Assembly: GCF_037042905.1 (NCBI RefSeq)
Contig: NC_087251.1
Location: 27,902,001 to 27,966,000 of the forward strand
Length of the DNA stretch: 64,000 nt
Source: Lytechinus pictus
Taxonomy: Eukaryota
Reading direction: 5' to 3'
Position 1 is the stretch's first letter, and every line of letters begins with the position of its first letter. Position numbers and translations under genes: made by a program. Under the pieces are notes generated by a model. It ran no database searches. It was not told the DNA's origin and saw nothing but the letters and a program-made list of their open reading frames with translations. Positions 63,301-64,000 of the stretch are shown here, in pieces.

Positions 63301-63897
63301 CCAACAGCAGTCTAACATTTCAGGTCAGATATTCATGCTTTACTATCAAAATATGTAGTCCTGTTAGAAATCATCTCAATCTTGCTTTCTTAATATTACT
63401 CTACCCATTGTAAGAATAAATATCTCTCCAAATAAATCATTTCCAGCAAGAATATTTTATAATAGAATAACAAATTTGTGTTATTGATCAAAACAATGAT
63501 CAAAAGTGCATTATCACAGTGGACCTATGACACGCTTCTACTTTACTAGAATTATGATGCATTGAATTGAAAAAATCTAAATGTAAGAAAGCCTGGGGTA
63601 ATGGCAGATGAAATCAAGGTAAATTTTGCCCTATTGAAGTAGTCCTCTTCTTTTGGCTACAACAGGTATGTTTCTGAAGAATTAATATGCTGTGTACTTC
63701 AGTGTTGCCCTTTCTATCTAGTTTTCAATGGAATGCATGATTTATTCTGATTTTTCTCTCTTTATAATTTAGTTGTATCATCTGGGCCCTACTTTCCAAG
63801 AAGGATGCCCAAACCGCTCTTGAACAAGGCAACGTTGAGGGCGCCCCGTCCTGAGCTGCAGATGTTCCTTCATCCGAGTCAGCTGGAAACATCACAT
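5621..63897 (+). CDS. USP34: Ubiquitin carboxyl-terminal hydrolase 34 (partial multi-exon gene, 61 exons in window; 5' and 3' ends outside window)
   Basis: Phase-consistent GT-AG exon chain (listed below). USP C19 Cys box GLTNLGATCYMASCMQQLF, His box VHTGTADGGHYYSFI and FNDAEV. Peptides recognised from USP34, e.g. SAKSDKNMADFDGE, SVVVSLRLIPKLF...HWITMWAE, ESERKAYNPRSFC, KYKPTSLEKMISLIA. Confidence 0.95.
6366..6888 (+). CDS. USP34: USP34 exon 2 (Asp/Ser/His-rich)
   Basis: ttcag|GAG...CCAG|gtatag; EEHLDVVG...SSDSSP. Confidence 0.8.
7734..7986 (+). CDS. USP34: USP34 exon 3
   Basis: acacag|...AG|gtgagt; MEYKKVQG...EIYDCPRFLPRPRPIR. Confidence 0.8.
8228..8577 (+). CDS. USP34: USP34 exon 4 (acidic, poly-His)
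   Basis: cccacag|...A|gtaagt; SSQASAKSDKNMADFDGE. Confidence 0.85.
8852..10193 (+). mobile_element. HINE/DINE-1-like (Helentron-associated) element with internal ~163-bp tandem array
   Basis: T-run start, subterminal IRs GTCTCGCCTGCAT (8857) / ATGCAGGCGAGAC (10159), (GGC)n microsatellite, about 7 internal repeats containing GGTCAAAGGTCA, end CTTGTT. Confidence 0.7.
10270..11500 (-). pseudogene. Fossil intron-containing gene of a probable DNA transposon (resembles uncharacterised DUF6729-type proteins)
   Basis: Exon 11500-11252 (cgtacag|...|gtaag) encodes CFLGSNSGPASVPNANRVME...RWTTIIHDYRNIR...QLLYIN...LIQ. The next segment 10878-10310 ends C-x2-C-like ...HTQYYGSWYC. Junction codon and acceptor are mutated. 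Family call is from memory. Confidence 0.55.
11958..12088 (+). CDS. USP34: USP34 exon 5
   Basis: tgcag|...|gtaagt; FEDVCKQSHTLLWDLVQDDSA. Confidence 0.9.
12322..12449 (+). CDS. USP34: USP34 exon 6
   Basis: VHLGDGLSSEAEKLLCSLVC...IRMRFVEGCLENL. Confidence 0.92.
13008..13097 (+). CDS. USP34: USP34 exon 7
   Basis: SVVVSLRLIPKLFASFQQY...HWIT. Confidence 0.92.
13626..13724 (+). CDS. USP34: USP34 exon 8
   Basis: WAERELGMMNLFFADL. Confidence 0.9.
14222..14304 (+). CDS. USP34: USP34 exon 9
   Basis: YTHKTEIQTRLQFLTCVFSTGGSPDHF. Confidence 0.9.
14391..15928. mobile_element. piggyBac-type MITE (outer)
   Basis: TTAA|CCCTAACTAGGCCGGG...CCGGCCATTTTAGGG|TTAA; subterminal GGGGGGTTGATTCAACCCCCC palindromes. 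Confidence 0.85.
15050..15813. mobile_element. piggyBac-type MITE (inner, related family, nested)
   Basis: TTAA|CCCTCAATCTCCCGGGG...CCCGGGAGAATTAGGG|TTAA; body homologous to the outer element. Confidence 0.85.
16625..16779 (+). CDS. USP34: USP34 exon 10
   Basis: LTLDQVDTLWSCL...ALNWFL...KHIFFHK. Confidence 0.9.
17143..17256 (+). CDS. USP34: USP34 exon 11
   Basis: MPQLEPDSISMTGLNLFQQLCSLARLA. Confidence 0.92.
17648..17747 (+). CDS. USP34: USP34 exon 12
   Basis: MPGIDHLWKIALRAKNTDVSLSAIQYINSYYIN. Confidence 0.92.
17936..18153. mobile_element. Small MITE
   Basis: TIR GGGGTGTTGCAAGAAA / TTTCTTGCAACACCCC. Confidence 0.7.
18392..18554 (+). CDS. USP34: USP34 exon 13
   Basis: LEKEEEFIERCMESL...QRGLILLKTHLEAFRK. 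Confidence 0.92.
18613..19356 (+). mobile_element. Decayed L2/CR1-group LINE 3' fragment with inverted 5' piece
   Basis: LPVQFRIQF.ILLLVY...GLAPSYL...YGERSFAHA.P.LWNKLP (LINE ORF2 C-terminus) and an (ATT)n tail; 18613-18745 reads GIHHFADYT on the minus strand. Confidence 0.75.
19886..20012 (+). CDS. USP34: USP34 exon 14
   Basis: YAYHLRQWQLEGCGIVSH...PEK. Confidence 0.9.
20021..20178. mobile_element. Palindromic MITE
   Basis: TAACTTTG...ATGGCAGCTACCATGGAAACA / TGTTTCCATGGTAGCTGCCAT...CAAAGTTA inverted arms. Confidence 0.6.
20518..20823 (+). CDS. USP34: USP34 exon 15
   Basis: FTIEMNVADLVADLRAEVTH...GHELIPDLDEKTLKEMSFSDAR. Confidence 0.9.
20700..21190 (+). repeat. 175-bp tandem triplication of exon 15 3' end and donor
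   Basis: GTCGTCCATCATTCCTGG at 20718, 20893 and 21068. Confidence 0.95.
21427..21615 (+). CDS. USP34: USP34 exon 16
   Basis: VVFVSFGAMRRERKREG...PASCLPPP. Confidence 0.9.
22054..22182 (+). CDS. USP34: USP34 exon 17
   Basis: AQMLSRNVWDLLMLLPTSP; weak donor gttcgg. Confidence 0.85.
22588..22815 (+). CDS. USP34: USP34 exon 18
   Basis: VDWGKLL...PHKLLYSLQIIEALG; acceptor position less certain. Confidence 0.8.
23492..23548 (+). CDS. USP34: USP34 exon 19 (short)
   Basis: cattag|GCT...AAG|gtaaaa; ASLGSSEHSSSMADMAAMK; phase 0-0. Confidence 0.6.
24221..27930 (-). mobile_element. CR1-group (Crack/Daphne/L2-like) LINE, antisense in intron
   Basis: Intact ORF2, ~560-nt 3' UTR with ACAAGC stem, (AAATC)n tail at 24221-24245; 5' boundary unclear. 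Confidence 0.9.
24789..27905 (-). CDS. LINE ORF2: AP-type endonuclease + reverse transcriptase
   Basis: 1038-codon ORF; APE motifs HLNIRS, LTETW, YRPP, GDFN, IDNIF, SDH; RT motifs NYRPISLL, LDFSKAFDT, GVPQGSLLGPLLF, FADDS, FLGV. Confidence 0.93.
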   Translation of the reverse strand: MSDFPFSSLCNDDLLSLSSQRGASSENPYFDTYIKNYLNDNTADLNSNFDPNDPCGQIITSQYFTEQHFKSLINSSSLEEDIFLLHLNIRSAKKNFDKLKLFLDNNQFPKHSIIGLTETWFAENPCSLFELSDFNLVVNNRTLRPGGGVALYIPQQYEYNLISNMTLSNDALESLFVEIINPKGKNLILGVLYRPPNSNTQHFLETLNDFLLNPFLKNKDCFFMGDFNINLMNCNTNNISQEFLETFLTNSFLPLITKPTRVTNTSATIIDNIFSNVTYPTPQAGIVLSDISDHFSIFAKLSKSKIFKNESYNTSYRKITDDNISYLINDLDNTDWSTIFDSTEVDVAYDSFITKLTYSLDTHVPLIINRKSNYKKIPIHPWITKSILRSINRKNNLYYKYISKPSENSRSKYTCYKNTLTTLLRIAKKEYYTSQLNIYKNDMKNTWKIINNVLNKKKKSSTITKIKSNNTITDDTNIITREFNSYFSNVGNNLAKNIPRTNKSFSDFLDDPNPNSMFFNPTNSMEIINIVSNLQNKKSPGYDGIPNFLLKKIITAIVDPLVHIFNISLSTGRVPNKMKISKVIPLFKKGDSQLVSNYRPISLLTSLSKILEKLVHIRTSDFFKLHNIFSNFQFGFRKNHSTSHAILSFINKVTTSIDNSCHTVGIFLDFSKAFDTINHEILLHKLCHYGVRGKALEWFRSYLTDRTQFVSVNNSNSTTLPITCGVPQGSLLGPLLFITYINDIKNTSNLLSFILFADDSNIFFSHDDINQLVRIVNFELTNVTDWIKANKLSLNHQKTNYMLFSNKINTLPDSIFFDNFVLNNVSTTRFLGVLIDDKLSWKPHIDSICKTISRNIGIINKLKHFLPSRTLLTLYYTLILPYINSGIIAWGCAIQTQLNRILLLQKKALRIIFQTHFRSHTDILFFENNILKVSDIYLFELSQFMFKLSKDDLPAIFSKMFRKNASVHCYPTRQRQYYHLPLTRTLFAKNSFVFSGPAYWNSLPQDFKESPNVNIFKRKLKKMLILQYSLQTGQAVNN
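30608..30682 (+). CDS. USP34: USP34 exon 20
   Basis: ttacag|...|gtaaga; SKSDTNVYD...RPWSTM. Confidence 0.75.
31189..31275 (+). CDS. USP34: USP34 exon 21
   Basis: FISCGGLKHLFGIFMSACLE. Confidence 0.88.
31526..31664 (+). ncRNA. Candidate box H/ACA snoRNA, copy 1
   Basis: Hairpin-hinge-hairpin-ACA(31659)+3 nt; 5' hairpin shared with 33635 and 42089. Confidence 0.65.
32283..32504 (+). CDS. USP34: USP34 exon 22
   Basis: WEQECLASVLKLINEFA...VRFSA. Confidence 0.88.
32915..33023 (+). CDS. USP34: USP34 exon 23
   Basis: aaacag|...G|gtaagt; KMQELLAQ...LERLMGVLYKAA...GYW. Confidence 0.8.
33635..33774 (+). ncRNA. Candidate box H/ACA snoRNA, copy 2 (different 3' hairpin)
   Basis: H box AGATAA 33696, ACA 33769 +TTC; pocket-to-H-box spacing 14 nt. 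Confidence 0.65.
34547..34671 (+). CDS. USP34: USP34 exon 24
   Basis: VHYAMKLLVSWA...WLRRLTL. Confidence 0.88.
35846..35986 (+). CDS. USP34: USP34 exon 25
   Basis: IRREVCDGLFRLCEG. Confidence 0.85.
36078..36098 (+). CDS. USP34: Candidate 21-nt phase 0-0 microexon (MNLHDDK)
   Basis: ccaacacag|ATGAACCTTCATGATGACAAG|gtatat; frame-preserving. Confidence 0.45.
36691..36893 (+). CDS. USP34: USP34 exon 26
   Basis: PSCRDYFWLLCLLMDNL. Confidence 0.9.
36908..38260 (+). repeat. 67-bp minisatellite, 20 near-identical units
   Basis: Unit GAAAGAACAAGCTTTTTGAGAGAGCTTGTGGTCCCAAAGTGTGCTGTATGAGAATTTCATGGCTTAT; three 64-bp variants. Confidence 0.97.
38729..38849 (+). CDS. USP34: USP34 exon 27
   Basis: RPILEGRH...GLIKLCTAAVKHNPPFKFS. 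Confidence 0.9.
38876..39120 (+). mobile_element. tRNA-derived SINE (related fragments at ~16015, ~41030 minus strand, ~52915)
   Basis: B-box GGTTCGAATCC, CCTT.AGCAAG and GTGAATGGGTACC core, AT-rich (TAT)n tail. Confidence 0.6.
39449..39632 (+). CDS. USP34: USP34 exon 28
   Basis: LFSLPT...PKCKSRTSRLAGFDLLLEL. Confidence 0.92.
40057..40220 (+). CDS. USP34: USP34 exon 29 (catalytic Cys box)
   Basis: YVGLTNLGATCYMASCMQQLFMMPEAR. Confidence 0.96.
40697..40909 (+). CDS. USP34: USP34 exon 30
   Basis: QRMFAYLQESERKAYNPRSFC...EQKDMTEFFTDLI; begins GTAAGT. Confidence 0.9.
41575..41631 (+). CDS. USP34: USP34 exon 31
   Basis: KNTVSSLFKGELTNNVVSL. Confidence 0.92.
42089..42228 (+). ncRNA. Candidate box H/ACA snoRNA, copy 3
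   Basis: H box ATATTA 42150, ACA 42223 +GTT; 3' hairpin homologous to copy 1. Confidence 0.65.
42451..42528 (+). CDS. USP34: USP34 exon 32
   Basis: DCPHVSQTTEEFFTVRCQVADMKNLY. Confidence 0.93.
42874..45264. mobile_element. Non-autonomous hAT-like element inserted in (CA)n
   Basis: TIR CAGGGTGCGACATAA / TTATGTAGCACCCTG (14/15 match); repeated subterminal GGGCAAG/CTTGCCC motifs. Confidence 0.8.
43575..44890 (+). repeat. ~1.3-kb polypyrimidine low-complexity tract with internal duplications
   Basis: Almost only C/T; e.g. TTCTTTCTGCCTTCCTTCATCTCTTTCC repeated near 44075 and 44453. Confidence 0.9.
45433..45527 (+). CDS. USP34: USP34 exon 33
   Basis: ESLDEVTVKDTLEGDNMYTCSQCGKKVRAEK. Confidence 0.94.
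46102..46271 (+). CDS. USP34: USP34 exon 34
   Basis: ACFKTLPKILSFNTMRYTFNMVTMMKEKVNTHFSFP. Confidence 0.94.
46662..46888 (+). CDS. USP34: USP34 exon 35 (catalytic His/Asp boxes)
   Basis: YELIGVTVHTGTADGGHYYSFI...WFMFNDAEVKPFD. Confidence 0.96.
47067..47120 (+). CDS. USP34: USP34 exon 36
   Basis: TKTYDSVTDKYMDFSFEK. Confidence 0.93.
47489..47602 (+). CDS. USP34: USP34 exon 37
   Basis: THSAYMLFYK (end of USP domain). Confidence 0.93.
48175..48315 (+). CDS. USP34: USP34 exon 38
   Basis: WIWEDNTRYLQDSYIF...FMWQVC. Confidence 0.92.
48601..48714 (+). CDS. USP34: USP34 exon 39
   Basis: LTTSFMLETLIHSKEKPNTKQWMELMT...ACE. Confidence 0.92.
49076..49156 (+). CDS. USP34: USP34 exon 40
   Basis: WFLDYMATDDWWPQQILIKCP. 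Confidence 0.93.
49787..49869 (+). CDS. USP34: USP34 exon 41
   Basis: LFQRLCIHVIRQLR. Confidence 0.92.
50459..50543 (+). CDS. USP34: USP34 exon 42
   Basis: EIGNVSCVTRFIKKLL. Confidence 0.9.
51127..51213 (+). CDS. USP34: USP34 exon 43
   Basis: GVRPQCKHLTEYFSVLYDFAKIGEDE. Confidence 0.92.
51777..51851 (+). CDS. USP34: USP34 exon 44
   Basis: AQFLTSVEAISIMANFYLGTK. Confidence 0.92.
52314..52508 (+). CDS. USP34: USP34 exon 45
   Basis: VEVISDDE...KYKPTSLEKMISLIAYLVESSR. Confidence 0.92.
53313..53417 (+). CDS. USP34: USP34 exon 46
   Basis: GFPFLFQQIRDNINLQQTRNLIF. Confidence 0.92.
53989..54033 (+). CDS. USP34: USP34 exon 47
   Basis: LISMIFNAISKLSPE. Confidence 0.88.
54471..54569 (+). CDS. USP34: USP34 exon 48
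   Basis: PFFKMLSLLVE...ILQRIWD. Confidence 0.9.
55617..55761 (+). CDS. USP34: USP34 exon 49
   Basis: EYNPQQVLDWLAAQVPRNKLAHHWVL. Confidence 0.92.
56203..56300 (+). CDS. USP34: USP34 exon 50
   Basis: AAFLLISLVPDPHFRQSFRS. Confidence 0.9.
57016..57097 (+). CDS. USP34: USP34 exon 51
   Basis: VLHQIYSLLLSLLPRAKHYV. Confidence 0.9.
57749..57834 (+). CDS. USP34: USP34 exon 52
   Basis: HGTSKLVAYF...CLISRAEKRM. Confidence 0.9.
57880..58185. mobile_element. Two abutting palindromic MITEs (Harbinger-like)
   Basis: GGGTCCCGTAACACAAAG..CTTTGTGTTACGGGCCCC (57880-58010) and GGTGGGTGCTTCATAAAGCTGTT..AACAGCTTTATGAAACACCCACC (58012-58185). Confidence 0.7.
58484..58567 (+). CDS. USP34: USP34 exon 53
   Basis: FMDLWNLYQPKLSEPPISCNHNKQ. 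Confidence 0.92.
58586..59060 (+). repeat. Degenerate (GAT/GGT)n microsatellite
   Basis: Directly visible. Confidence 0.9.
59136..59242 (+). CDS. USP34: USP34 exon 54
   Basis: ALLQFWYNACVEYPENV...YNYI. Confidence 0.92.
59843..60020 (+). CDS. USP34: USP34 exon 55
   Basis: ADHDDQEVVVFNRIMLPAYYGLLRLCC...HQNMQWAFK. Confidence 0.93.
60530..60684 (+). CDS. USP34: USP34 exon 56
   Basis: VEELFRMMKLFV...RSSCWTTLI. Confidence 0.92.
60717..61055 (+). repeat. Degenerate (GGAT)n microsatellite
   Basis: Directly visible. Confidence 0.85.
61136..61214 (+). CDS. USP34: USP34 exon 57
   Basis: AFRLLIENDEDRSVV. Confidence 0.9.
62054..62180 (+). CDS. USP34: USP34 exon 58
   Basis: FTLHMMYHEATACHV. Confidence 0.92.
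62530..62637 (+). CDS. USP34: USP34 exon 59
   Basis: ERMDFAHKLLTLLNSYTP. Confidence 0.92.
63216..63323 (+). CDS. USP34: USP34 exon 60
   Basis: VLHSMVTLYPHDF...HAHRQFQQQSN. Confidence 0.88.
63773..63897 (+). CDS. USP34: USP34 exon 61 (last in window)
   Basis: GPYFPRR...RAPRPELQMFL. Confidence 0.88.
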
Positions 63898-64000
63898 GTA
63901 AGATGTCAACCCTCCATATACCATTTATGATATACATTAATTATGAAGCTTTCTCACAACTTTCATCCACTCCTGTGTTTTTTGTCAAGAACAGTGATTG

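Overview
Eukaryotic, AT-rich animal DNA. The repeat content suggests an echinoderm or sea urchin (inference). Nearly the whole window is the interior of one + strand gene, the deubiquitinase USP34. I can trace 61 phase-consistent GT-AG exons from 5621 to 63897, plus a candidate 21-nt microexon. They include the USP Cys box (GLTNLGATCYMAS) and His/Asp boxes (HTGTADGGHYY, FNDAEV); start and stop codons lie outside the window. The introns hold a TU/foldback-like element with inverted 15-bp repeat arrays, an antisense CR1-group LINE with an intact ORF2, nested piggyBac-type MITEs, Kolobok-, hAT-, Harbinger- and HINE-like elements, a fossil intron-containing transposon-type gene, SINE fragments and a 67-bp minisatellite. 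Most notable are three things. (i) Three intronic copies of a box H/ACA-like RNA share one near-invariant guide hairpin joined to two different 3' hairpins, alongside several further structured intronic patches. (ii) Short duplications repeatedly straddle splice sites, creating candidate alternative exons or sites. (iii) An AG|GTAAGT recursive-splice-type exon lies in the catalytic domain. All structures were read by eye and no database search was run.
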